Below are positions 10,397 to 21,347 of a stretch of 64,000 nt of DNA, one piece after another; position 1 is the first letter of the stretch, and every line of letters starts with the position of its first letter. The notes under the pieces are model-generated. The model was given only the letters and a program-made list of their open reading frames with translations. It was not told the DNA's origin and made no database searches. A program made the translations under genes and the position numbers. Source of the stretch: an uncultured Chloroflexia bacterium (GTDB taxonomy: Bacteria; Chloroflexota; Anaerolineae; B4-G1; SLSP01); assembly GCA_963751345.1 (NCBI GenBank), contig CAVVUS010000013.1, forward strand, positions 86,707 to 150,706, written 5' to 3'.

Positions 10397-11705
10397 CTAC
10401 TGCACCGGAACCGGCGGCGACACCGGCAGCGGCGAGAGCGGGACCCCGCCGGTGGCGTCTTCCCGCAGCCACTGCTTGCCGTCCACCGAAACACCATTGG
10501 CCCACACCTCCCAGTGCAGGTGCGAGCCGGTTGAGAGCCCCGTGCTGCCCACCGCCGCAAAAGACTGCCCCCGCTTGACGTAGTCCCCTACCTGAACGTC
10601 GATCCGCGACAAATGCCAATATCCCGTCACCAGCCCCCCGCCGTGGTCCAGCAGGACCGCGTTCCCGCGCGTCGTCAAGGTCTCCGCCAACACGACCACG
10701 CCGTCGGCGGGCGCCAGGACCGGCAGCCCCGTCGCCGCCGGGTAATCGACGCCACTGTGGTATCCGTCCACCATGCCGCCATAGGAGCGCCGTCCCCCGT
10801 AATCCGCAGAGACCGGCGGCAAGCTCTGCAGCGGGGCGGAGAGCGGCAGGTCCCAGAGGCGCTGCGGCGACCGGATCGCCCGCCACGGGACCAGATAGGC
10901 CTCCGCGGCGGCCATCACCTCAGGGTCCATCAGTGGCGCCAGCTGCGGCGTAGCTGCGATGACCTGATAGCCGTAGCTCCCGGGCGTCACGTCAATCGTC
11001 AAGGAGAAGTCGACTTCGTTCGCGCCGGAGACTAACTGCACGTCCAGCGGATAGGTCCCCGGATCGACAAGCGCGGAGACGCCCACCGGCACGTAAAGCC
11101 GGGAATCGCCATCGCGATAGCACGGCTCGCTCTGACCGAGCGCTTCAACGTGGCAAAAGGCCACCCCATCCGTCTCGATCATCAGGAATGCCGTCTGTCC
11201 TCGCACCATCGGCTGGGGCGAGAGCGCCACAGCCTTGATAGGATAGGGCAGACAGGTGTTGACTCCGTGTGTCAAGGAGAGCGGTTGCCCTGCAGCAAGC
11301 GCGACGGCACGCGGGGCACGCCAGAAGGGCACGCCGGCATCGAGCAATACGTCGGGGGAGACCCCGAGCCCCCCGGCGTGCGAGACCACCGAGCGGATCA
11401 GCCGGTCCGAGCCCCGGAAGGCCACGACGCTCGCCAGATCGCCCACGCCTAGGAGTGCCTGAGCCGCCGCCACGTGGGCCGGCGGGAGGCCCGTTCGATC
11501 GAGCCAGCAGCGCATCCACGCCGGATCCGGCGCCAAGCGGGCCGTCCGCGGCCTGCGCCAGAACCGGGCGGGCCGCCGCCAGCGTCCCGAGCACCACGAG
11601 CACCACCATCAGACATGCCGCAGCTCGCGCGGTCTCTCGACCTCGCCGACGATTCACGCTTGCCCCATTCACTCGCCTGGATATCGACCCGAACACAGCA
11701 TTCAC
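10397..11705 (-). CDS. Secreted M23 family metallopeptidase; frameshift near 11535
   Basis: HSGVD, YWHL and STGSHLHWEV motifs; signal peptide in the upstream frame (11145-11705); start uncertain (11609 possible). Confidence 0.85.
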
Positions 11706-11747
11706 TTCACTAGACGCCCTATCTTGGGACCCTTCCGGGCACGTCCG

Positions 11748-12230
11748 CTATATCAGCCGTCGTCCTCGCTGAAATCTCTGGTCCTCTACCCAGCCATAGA
11801 GTGCTCCCAGCGCAGCCGTCGCAAGTGCGGTCAAGGGCAGCAGGATGAGAGAGCCCGTCACGATCGTGCTCACCAGTCCTGCACCGAGTCCCACGAAGAC
11901 ACCGGTCCGCAACCACTTTCGCAGGAAAAAGCCGGGCGGAGCCAGGCGGTGTGCGACCACAAAGTGCTCCTCGATGCGGCGCAGCTGCGCCCCCTGATAC
12001 TGGCGTTGAGCCTTGGATCCGGGCAGCTCGGGGAACTCCTCCTCCAGGCGCGTCAACGTGTGCTGATAGCCCTGGCAGACCTCACAACTCTCCGAGAACT
12101 CCCGGATGCGGTTCGCCACCTTCAGCACATAGTCGATCCGGTACTTGGTCCACTGCTTGGCTGTCAGAGCTTCCCGCTGCGCCTCGACGGCCGCCTCCAG
12201 CTTCCTGAACCAGATCTCATCCTTGTACAT
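11748..12230 (-). CDS. Hypothetical membrane protein (CxxC, two C-terminal TM helices)
   Basis: 160-aa ORF with CEVC and a hydrophobic C-terminal hairpin. Confidence 0.7.
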   Translation of the reverse strand: MYKDEIWFRKLEAAVEAQREALTAKQWTKYRIDYVLKVANRIREFSESCEVCQGYQHTLTRLEEEFPELPGSKAQRQYQGAQLRRIEEHFVVAHRLAPPGFFLRKWLRTGVFVGLGAGLVSTIVTGSLILLPLTALATAALGALYGWVEDQRFQRGRRLI

Positions 12231-12322
12231 GTCAGTCCCCCGCCCAGATGACCCTTCGTGACGTCGACACGAAGGATTCTACCCCTGGGACGGCGGGAAA
12301 GCAATTCGGACGGGGAGTCTGG

Positions 12323-12370
12323 AGTGCCGGGGAGCTTGCGCCGCAGACGGCGTGTACAGTCCTCGGCACT
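12323..12370. repeat. Palindromic intergenic repeat, family C, degenerate copy
   Basis: AGTGCCGGGGA...TCCTCGGCACT; related to 22766-22797. Confidence 0.5.
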
Positions 12371-12454
12371 TGGGAGCACATAACTCGGTCCGAAGCGAAG
12401 TCCGTGTCCTCACCCTGCACTTGCGAGGATTCCGCCCGGTATCGATAGGCCGTC

Positions 12455-12509
12455 CGCGAAATCCGTGCAATCGTCCCGCTTCTGAGCGGCCTAATCCGTG
12501 ATTCAGACA
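12455..12509. repeat. Short bipartite dispersed repeat, copy 2
   Basis: Same two blocks as 271-310, separated here by a CCGCT-TCTG-AGCGG hairpin. Confidence 0.7.
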
Positions 12510-12569
12510 GACGCAGGCGCCACGCGTCGGGCCACGGGATACGCAAGAACCCCCAAGCACCAGCCGGGC

Positions 12570-15252
12570 CTAAGGATAGAGCGCGTCGACGTCGACCTCG
12601 GTGCCCCAGATGCGTTCGCCGTCGAGGTCGATCCAACTGCCGGTCTGTACCAGCGTAAGCCGGTCGTCGGGGATGTCCACGAACTGCACCCCGTTCGCTA
12701 CAATGGTCGCCGGGCCGTAGGCGGGCTTCTTGATGTACGCCGCCAGGGCCGCAACTTGCGCCCGGGTCACCGTCACGTCCTGCGCCACCACCTGCGACAG
12801 ATCCTTGCTCGCGATGCCGAAGTTGGCGTCCTCAACGGAGACTCCGGTGGCCGTGAGCTGGCTGGCCTCGCCGACGGACAGGCCCTTGTCGCCCAGATTC
12901 ACCATCCGCACGTCGCTCACCGTGATCTGCGTGCCGCTGACGTCGATGCCGTCAGCCCCGATGTCGTGGAACGACGAGCGCACGATGTCGCCCTGTGAGA
13001 AGTCCGAATCGAACGCGTCTGAGAATGTCGAGGCGAACTCCGTGTCGGCGAAGTGGAAGGTCGTCCGGATCGTGTTCAGCCCGTCCTCGGCTTGGGTGCC
13101 CAGGATGCGGCAGTGGTCGAGCGAGATCGGGCTCTGATAGAACGTGATGCCGCCGGTCAACGTCCACCCCGGCAGCGAGACCGCGACCGTCTTCTCGACC
13201 GTCACGTAAGCCCACGTCGAGGGCGCCCCTGCGTCGATGGACGACGATACCGTGCCACAGATCCTCCGATGGTCCGAGCACGATCGGGGCGTCTTCGGTG
13301 CCGTCGAACTGCAGCGGGCCGCGCGCCAGCAGATAGGCGTCGGGCTCGAACCGGAGGGTCGTGCCCGGAGCGAGTCGCAGACCGTAGCCCTCCGGGAGGA
13401 TCAGGCTGCCGCTCACGGCGTGGGTACCCGCCGGCATCGTGAGCATCCGCGCTGCCGTGTCATCTACCTTCAGGTAGGGGTGCGCGGCCAGCGCCTGATC
13501 GAGTGTGGGCGCAGGAGGAAGGGCGCCCTGCACGATCGAGGGATACGACGCCATCACCGGGCGGGTCACGGTCTCCGTGAGCCCCCACACACGGGTCACC
13601 AGCTGGACTGAGTCCGGATCCACCTCAGGGGGCAGCACCACCGACGTACGCAGGCGCGCATAAGGCATGAACTCCGCATCGGGCGACAGCGCCCTGAGAA
13701 CCAGATCCTCGCCGGCGTCCTCGACGCCAACCACGTTTCCGGCGGCGCCGGGCGTGGCCCAGTCGGCTGCGGCCGGATACCAATCCGGCCCAACCTGCAC
13801 GCCGTCGATCTGCACGGGAAGCCCCAGCAAGTTCCCGACGTCGAGCACGAGCGTGTCTGTCGGCACGTCGGCCGGCCGGTAAGCATAGACCATCTGGGGC
13901 GGGTTGAGCCAGTCGCGGAGCGAGGCCGCCCGCTCGGCAAGCGCGTCCCAGGGCGCGTCGAGCACCCCGCCCCCGTCGGGCGCGGTCACGTCGCCAAACT
14001 CGGGAAGCAGGCTCGCGCGCACCGCCTCGAGGCCACCACCGACGTCGGCTTGGAGTGCCGCAAGGTACGCCGGATCCGTGAACTCCGCCAGCGCCTCGAC
14101 GTAGGCGCGGCGCAACCGGGCGTCCCCATACGCCAGAAGCTCCCGCCGGCCCGCGAGCTTCGTCACGTCCGCCACGGCGCCATCCTCCAGGGCTTGCGCA
14201 TCAAAGGCGATGGGTTCGAGCCGCGTGGTGATGGGGTTGTAGTAGAAGCGCAGATTGTGCCAATCGAGCGCGTGGTTCGCCCCCCAGAGGTCGGCGAGCG
14301 CCCAGAAGCGCGCCATCCGGTCGATATCGAAGACCTCGGAGGCCGGCAACTGCCCCGCCCACCAGGCGCGCAGCTTGCCGACAGCCGCATCGCGGGCCGC
14401 CGAAAGCGTCGGATCGGCATCGACGCCGCCCGAGTCGAATTCGTCGATCACGTGAAACTCGGTGATACCCGGCGGCGTGACGAAGTCGTTTTCGTAGGCT
14501 GCCCAGGTCTCCCACAGCAGATCCTCGTTGTAGCGGATGATGACGCTCTCGCGGCGCCGCTGCGACTCCAAGAGCTCCTTGGCAAACCCCTCCTCCACGG
14601 CATAGACGCCCATCGTCTTCCCGTTCTGGACGACGTGCGCGAAGCTGTATCCCACCGTGAGGATATCCTCGCGCCGCAGGGCTTGCATAAAGGCCCACTC
14701 ATTGGCGTACGTACGCGTCGAGGGGTCCTGGATCGAAAAGACGCGCATCCCCATCACGGCGTCGCCACCCTGTACCTCAATACGATAGGACCACTTGTCG
14801 TGCGCGAAATGGTCACCCCAGTCGCCCTTCAGGCGAAGCTGTACCTGCACGGGGTCGCCATCGCCGACGCGCACCGTGGCAGGGACGAAGTCTGCGTTGG
14901 TGGCCAGCAGGATCCAGTTCTTGAGCGCGTCCTCGCGCTTGGCCTCGATCTTGGCAAAGTCATCTGGCGCAATGTCGATATAGAGCGTAGGAAGGGTGTC
15001 CCCGGCCTCCGGCGAAGTCGGCGTGGCGGTCGGCAGCGGCACAGGCGTCGGCGCAAGGGCGGTGGCGGTCGCTGGGGCCTGAGCTGCGGCCATCGAGTCG
15101 GGGATCTCATTGGCGTGCCCCGCGCGGGCCAGAAGCCAGCCGCCGGCGAAAGCCAGCACAATCAGCGTGACCCACCCCACACGCTGCCCGCGTCCGGCGG
15201 CATGTGCACCGCCCATCGCGTGTCCTGGACCACCGTCAAGCTGCGTACCCAT
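12570..15252 (-). CDS. CotH kinase family protein with C-terminal right-handed beta-helix; frameshift near 13235
   Basis: N-terminal TM; RLKGDWGDH..KWSYRI, YAVEE and HALDWHNLRFYYNP...EPIAFD motifs; beta-helix repeats SDAFDSDFS, DGIDVSG, DKGLSVGE, GIASKD in 12570-13205. Confidence 0.8.
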
Positions 15253-15265
15253 TTCGCGGGCCTCC

Positions 15266-15966
15266 CTACAGATCCGGCGTGGCCATCACGCCGTGGACGT
15301 ACTTCGAGAATCGATCGACGCGCGCCGGGAAACAGGAGACCGCTGCGCTCAGACGCCGCATCGAGGCCGGCGTCACCGGCGCCTTGAGTTCGACGATGAC
15401 CACGTCCTCCGTCCACACAGGGCGCCCGAGATTCGGCAGGCTCGATACCCGCTGATCGTAGGTCGCCAGGCCCAGTGTCGACGGTCAACCGCAGCTCGCC
15501 GTCCGGGGTTGCGTAGTATGCGCGCCGGTAGCTGTTGATGAGGATCGGCACCGGAAATCGCGAGAGCCAGTCGATCCCCGCACCATTGAGGGCAGCACGC
15601 AGATCCTGATCAAAGGTGGCCCAGGATGCTGACGCAAGATCAAAACACGGAGGTCAGCGGCACGATCTCCTTCCACCCGCCGCTCCCCTGCCTGCGCTTC
15701 AGCTCGAGCTGGGCCTGCTCGATGGCGCCCAGATCCGGGCCGTACCAGCGCAAGCGCAGCTTGGCGCGCTCGGCGATGCCCGCCAGGTTGGCGTTCAGCC
15801 CCGCGTAGTCCGCGGTGTCGAAGTAGAGGTTGTTCACCCGGCGTGCAGGATAGGTGCGACGCCAATGCACGGGATGCAGCCGCACCCACGCGTCGACCTC
15901 GCCGAGCAGCACCGCCGGCACGGGAATCTTCACCTCGATCCGGGGCGACGTCGTCAGAATGTCCAC
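15266..15966 (-). CDS. VTC (polyphosphate polymerase / CYTH-like) domain protein; frameshifted
   Basis: RIEVK, NNLYFDT, RAKLRLRWYG, LELKRR, YRRAYY..LRLTVD, IVELK and FSKY motifs spread over three frames. Confidence 0.85.
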
Positions 15967-16218
15967 GTGCCTAACTGCAGCGTGGCCTGTGGTGGAAGAC
16001 GCCGTGAGCTTACCGCGAATGGAGCTCATCGGCCCTCATACCACACCCGACCTGACTTCCGGGCCGACCCGCGGACCGTAGATCCGCCCGGAACGGATAG
16101 GAATGCCGCTGCGCCACCGGTTCGCGCCGGATCTGGCCCCAAGATCTGCCTGGGCGTGATCCGGCGCCGTGCTCGAGCCGGCCACCAGAGGCGCGGGCAT
16201 CCGCTCGGATCGCGCACG

Positions 16219-17751
16219 TCATGGCTGCGCTCCGGCGTCCACGGGCACCCTGACGATCTCGTCGAGGCCCCATAGTCGCGTCGTCAGCACAAGGCTGCCC
16301 AGCCCCGGATCGACCGTGGCAGGCAGGGCCGCCAACGGCACGGTGACCCCGACCTCGACGGGATCGGCACCCACCTGCGCTGCCAGCACGACGGCACCGG
16401 CCCCATCGACCAGGCCATCACCGGTCGCCCACGCGGGATCCAGGGTCAGGCCGCCCTGCTCCCCAATATCGAGCCCCATGACCTCCACCGGAAAGGGAAG
16501 CACCGCGCGAAGCTGCAGGCGAATCGCGCCGATCTCCTCAGATGTCGTGGCGACAAGGGTACGCGACGGCTGTATCTCGGCCAGAATGGCCGACCGGCGC
16601 TTCGCCAGTTCGGCTTCCAGGGCACCCGGCGCGCCGCCCAACGCCACGTAGAGGGCGTCCATCTCAGCTTGAGGGATCAGCGAATCCGGGTATCCCGGCT
16701 GAGCATCCACGGCCAGCCAACGTGCGGTGGCCTTCTGGATGTCGGGATCGTCCGTGAAGCTCGGTGGCAGGGGGGTATTCAGGTCGTAGCGCCATCCGGT
16801 GCTGGCCGGATGCAGCCCGCCGGTGGCCGGATCGTAGATGAAGCCAAGAGCCCGCCAGTCCGGCCGCAGCACGCCATACCAGAGCGCCGCTGCCGCCACG
16901 AGCTGCCCCATCTCATCCGGATCCAGCACCTCGGTCGGCGCCATCTCTCCCCGCTCCAGCGCCGCGACAAGCTCGGCGGCGCGCGCGGGCGCAGTTCCGG
17001 TCACCCCTCCGGTTGCGTCGAGTGGCGTCACCGTCATCGCCGCGTAGGCAAAGCTCGCCTGCGGCGCGGCGAGCCCAGCCGCGGGCAGCCGCCTCGCGTC
17101 AAACGACACCAGGACGCTCCCGGGCGAGACCTCCGCGCCCGCTGACACCGTCTCCGCCATCGATGCCTCCATAGCGTAGATGCCCCAGCGGCTCCCGTTC
17201 ACCTGGACTTGGACGAACCGCCGTTCAGGCACCGGGAGCCCTGCAGCATCGAGCGATCGCAGGAATCCCATAGTCAGGACACTACCGGCATCGGCCGGTC
17301 GAAACGTCGCGTGTCGGACGCCCAGGAGCCCTCGGCCCTCCGTCGAAGTCACCTCAAAGGGAAGGGGCCCGGATGGCACGCCGGGCCAGCGAGAGGGGCA
17401 CAGCGTCGCGCCGCCCGAGTCCCCGGACATCGCGACGGTCGCGGCTACGCAGTCCGCCGGGGTCACCGCGCTCTCTCCCGCCGGCAGGCGATCCTGCGCA
17501 GCGCGCCACTGCTGGTAGGCTGTGAAGTCGACGCTGACCTCAACCGTGGGCATGTCGCTGCGGGCCCGCCACGCAGCCAGTGCCAGGCGTGGATGCCGGA
17601 ATGCCAGATCGAGCGAGGACGCCACACGGCGTGGCTGGCCCACCATGCCTGCAGCAGCCGCCAGCGTGAGAACCACGATGACGCCACCGACCCACCACCC
17701 CCTCCACCTGGCAGCCGGCTTCTTTGCCGCCTCCGCTCTTGTGATGCGCAC
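16219..17751 (-). CDS. Membrane-anchored CotH-like protein, degenerate kinase motifs
   Basis: TM anchor; VQVNGSRWGIYAME; WRALGFIYDPATGGLHP aligns with WHNLRFYYNPITTRLEP of the 12570 paralog; shares the LxTRxWGL C-terminal block. Confidence 0.65.
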   Translation of the reverse strand: MRITRAEAAKKPAARWRGWWVGGVIVVLTLAAAAGMVGQPRRVASSLDLAFRHPRLALAAWRARSDMPTVEVSVDFTAYQQWRAAQDRLPAGESAVTPADCVAATVAMSGDSGGATLCPSRWPGVPSGPLPFEVTSTEGRGLLGVRHATFRPADAGSVLTMGFLRSLDAAGLPVPERRFVQVQVNGSRWGIYAMEASMAETVSAGAEVSPGSVLVSFDARRLPAAGLAAPQASFAYAAMTVTPLDATGGVTGTAPARAAELVAALERGEMAPTEVLDPDEMGQLVAAAALWYGVLRPDWRALGFIYDPATGGLHPASTGWRYDLNTPLPPSFTDDPDIQKATARWLAVDAQPGYPDSLIPQAEMDALYVALGGAPGALEAELAKRRSAILAEIQPSRTLVATTSEEIGAIRLQLRAVLPFPVEVMGLDIGEQGGLTLDPAWATGDGLVDGAGAVVLAAQVGADPVEVGVTVPLAALPATVDPGLGSLVLTTRLWGLDEIVRVPVDAGAQP

Positions 17752-18424
17752 TCAGTCCCCCAGCACGTGCTCCTGCTGCAGCAGGCTGATCTCCGCCGCA
17801 GCAAAGGACGTCTTGAGGTCGGCCACGAGGTCGTTCGCCGTCTGTGGGTCAGGGCAAGCGATGTAATAGGTAAGCTGGAGCGTGCCGTCGCGGCTGTCGA
17901 GGCGGCGGAAGTCGATCACGTCGACGTGGTTGAGCAGACAGGCGTTCACCTGGCTGAGCGAGGCCGAGCCATCGTCATTGACCAGCACGTTGAGATAGAG
18001 GTTGTGAGCGCTGCGTCTTGCGCCCCAACGCCATGCGCACGGCCATGTAGGCCATCAACACGGCGACACCGACCACGGTGACCCAGCGCTGCTCGGCGCC
18101 CACGCCAAGCCCGATGGCAATGGCGATGAAGAGGAACATCAGCTCCTCGGGTTCCTTGATCGCCGTCCTGAAGCGCACGATGGAGAGCGCACCGACCAAC
18201 CCCAGCGAGAGGGCAAGCGACGACTTCACGATCGTGATGACGATCCCCGTGGTCACCGTGAGAATCGGCATCAGCGCCGCGAGCTTCCGCCGGTTCGTGA
18301 TCGCCTGGCCAAAGGCCTGATAGTACCATGCCACGACCAGGCTCAAGGCCAGCCCCAACAGCATATCGACGGCGAACGTCGCCAGGGAGGCGGGCGGAAA
18401 AGCAATCAACTGATCTATAGGCAT
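17752..18424 (-). CDS. DUF4956 family membrane protein; frameshift near 17990
   Basis: VKSSLALSLGLVGALSIVRFRTAIKEPEELMFLF signature; C-terminal soluble part in ORF 17752-17988. Confidence 0.88.
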
Positions 18425-18470
18425 AGTCTACCGTCCCGGAGAATCTGAGATGAGAGCGAGTAAGACCGGT

Positions 18471-18479
18471 ATTATAGCA
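18471..18479 (-). promoter_or_regulatory. Extended -10 promoter (TGCTATAAT) for the DUF4956-CotH-VTC-CotH unit
   Basis: TGnTATAAT 47 bp upstream of the 18424 start. Confidence 0.6.
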
Positions 18480-18625
18480 CGCCCGCCCGGTGCGACATAC
18501 AGAATCGGGCCACGCCGCGGAGGCTCTTCACCTTTGTCGGCGCCCGGCCGACACTCCTCAGGAACGGCCCTCACGGGTTCGTTCCATGCGGATCTATGAT
18601 CCGCCCACGGCAATGCACGACACAC

Positions 18626-21069
18626 CTAGCGCAGGGAGCGCAGCAAGCAGGTGACGCGCAGGCCACGCTGCGACGGGTTGAGCGCGCCCGGCGTGACCGC
18701 CCGGGCGACGCCGTAGCATTGCGCGTCGCCGGAGGCGCAGGCCGGTGGATCGACGACCCAGTCGGCCAGCGCGTCGTTGCTCCCTGTGCCGGTGAAGACT
18801 GCGCCGTCGTCGGCACCCAGGCGGCTGAACGGATCGTCGAAGGTCACGCCGTCACGGAGGACACCAAACGTGGCCGGGGTGACGGTGCGCCCCTCGGCAA
18901 CAAAGTCGACCCCCACGTCGTCGTCGAACGCCGAGGTGGGCCCGGGCGCGAGCAGCACGACGTCGTCGTTGGCCGTTCCAATGCCGAAGCCCGGGTCGGT
19001 CGTCGCGTCGAGGGCGCCGTTCCCCACGTAGAGCACCATCACGCCATCACGCGCATCCAGGTCGTCAGTGGGGAAGGACGCTGCGTTGAGCGGGCTCTCG
19101 GTTGCCACAATCAGGATGACGGTCCCGCAGGGCACAGAGGCCAGCGTGTCCGACGCGGGCAGGATCAGCGACCCCTCGGTGGTATCCGCCCTGGTGGCGT
19201 TGTCGGTGATGCGCCATCCGCGCAAGTCCTGCCCGCCCGGCGCACGAACCAGGAGCTCCAGCCAGTCTCCCTCCAGAGGTCGCCGGCCGAGCGAGGGGTA
19301 GCGGGTAGCATCGTCATTGATCCATAGCTCGTTGATGATCACGTCGTCCGGTGCCGGCGTGTCTCGAGACACGCGGGGCCGAAAGGAGACCGTGAGCGAC
19401 AATGGGCTCGACAGCGTGAGGCTGATCTCACTCACGCCGGGCGCGATATCGATGGCCGGCGACGACATCCACTCACCGACCTCGTAGCCATCCTCGGGCA
19501 CCGCTACGACGTCCACCGCCGTCTGGCGACTGTACCATCCGTCCCACGCCGTTCCATCCGGTGCCACGTGCGTGCCGTTGACGTAGAGAGCTCCCGCGTC
19601 GGGCGGCGTGACCGCGAGATGCAGGGACGTGTCAATGGACGCTTCCTCGGCGACAACAAGAGGCCGCTCGTCGAGAAAGACTGAAAACGCCCGGACCTCG
19701 TCGTCCCACGCCGGCACGCCGGGCCACCGGCCGCGCTCCTGCCCGTAGGCCTGTGAGAGCGGGCCGGAGAACGCAGCAAGGTGGCGTCCCACCGAGGCGG
19801 GCAGCAGGACCGTGTTCAGCAGATCGGCCAACCGCGCCGTGTAGCGCTGCCGGTAAGCCGGATTGGCCATCAGTGCCTCGTGAACCGTCGTCAGGTCCGG
19901 CGCCTGAGCGACCTCACCGGCCGACCCACCCTCGAACGCCCAGAACCAGCGCCCGCCCTGCGGCTGGACGGCGATGATGCTGCCCGCGGGCAGATCGAAG
20001 AAGTGCGAGAGGATGGCGAAGTCGATCAAGTTCTCGATGTCGACGCGGGCCACAGCCTCGGCGTAGGCTGCGTCGCCAGAGAGATCACTGCTCCCCAGCC
20101 ACTCCAACAGCGCCTTCCAGTCGGCTTTCGAGCCATCGCGGGCATCGCCCTCCTGCACGACGTCGGCCTCGCCGATGCCAAGATCGTCCGCCAGATAGAA
20201 GCGGTCGACGCGCTCGGTCAGCCGGTAGATGCCCCACGAGCTGCCGTTCAGAAAGAGCCAAACGAAGCGTCCCTGTGCCGCGGGCAGGTCGAGGTCGCGG
20301 CAAAGCTCCGCCACCACCTGATCGCGCATCGGCGGACCACGCCATGGCACCCGTCGCGGCGTGGTCCCCCGCCTGGAGGAGCAGCCGCTTGTAGCTCTGT
20401 GCGTCGGCAGCCTGGTCGGGAGGATTCGGGAAGAGCGGCGCGTCGAGCCTGGCCTGTCCGTACTCCTGGCGCAAGTAGAGTCGCAGCGTCTGCTTCGGTG
20501 CGTCGAGGGGCTCCCGCCCATCGATCCGCACGCCGGCGGGCACGGCCCACGTCGCATCGCCGTCGAAGCCGGTGATGTACACAGGCCGCTCCCATGCCTG
20601 CCCGCGCCACGAAGGGTTGGCGAGCAGCCCTCCCTCCTCACCCCAGAGGTCGGCAGGTTCGGCCATGATGGAGATGATGGGCAGCGCAGGCTGGTAGACC
20701 GACGGCATATGAGGCGCTAACGACCGGGCCTGCGACGCCACCATCGACCTCGATGGCACGCAGGACATGCACGCCAGGGGTAGCGCTATCCAGCCGTATC
20801 GGGCGGGCATAAGGGGTGCCGACGGTCGCCGACGGCGTGCTTCCATCGAGCGTGGTGATCACGCGTCCCGTGGGCTCCGAGGGGCGCAGCACCACCGCGA
20901 CGTCGCGTGCGTAGACACCGGGCGGCGGAGACAACGTGACCGCGCCTCCCGCGGTGCCCGCGTCCGAACCCACGGCCTGGCGCGAAAGACCCTCTGCGGC
21001 GAAGAGAAGCACGGCGACAGCCGCCACCAGCCCCCCGAGCCCCACCGCTCTTCGAATCGTGGAGCTCAT
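18626..21069 (-). CDS. Secreted CotH-like protein with N-terminal chitobiase/Fn3-associated domain and C-terminal lamin-tail domain; several frameshifts
   Basis: TLSPPPGVY..TLDGSTP; KQTLRLYLRQEYG; MRDQ..; LFLNGSSWGIYRLTER; DVIINELW..DWLEL..DLRGWRITD (LTD) across three ORFs. Confidence 0.75.
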
Positions 21070-21156
21070 CGCGCGCCAACCCACGCGGGCTCACACCCCA
21101 TAGTCCGGGGCGTCACGCATCTCAACTCCAATCGAGCCCACCGACCGGGTCGCGCC

Positions 21157-21288
21157 CACCCGCGCTGGCCTTGTCCGCCGTAGGGACAGGGCGGCATTCA
21201 CCCGTGCTGGCCTCTTCCGCCGTAGAGACGGCGCCCCGCTCACCCGCGATGGCCTTTTCCGCCGTAGAGACGGGGCGGCGCCCCGTCT
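21157..21288. repeat. Three tandem 42-bp units ending in a GTAG-type REP hairpin
   Basis: Units start at 21157, 21199 and 21241 (CACCCGYGMTGGCCT..TCCGCCGTAGRGAC); the last carries GTAG-AGACGGGGC-GGC-GCCCCGTCT. Confidence 0.8.
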
Positions 21289-21347
21289 TCTGCCTGCAGC
21301 ACACCCGGCGCGGGGCCGCACGCCGCCCTGCCCCATAGTCAGGGCCA

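Noticed and set aside
21157-21288. Possible CRISPR array
   Set aside because: Only three contiguous degenerate units with no unique spacers and no cas genes; better explained as a REP tandem
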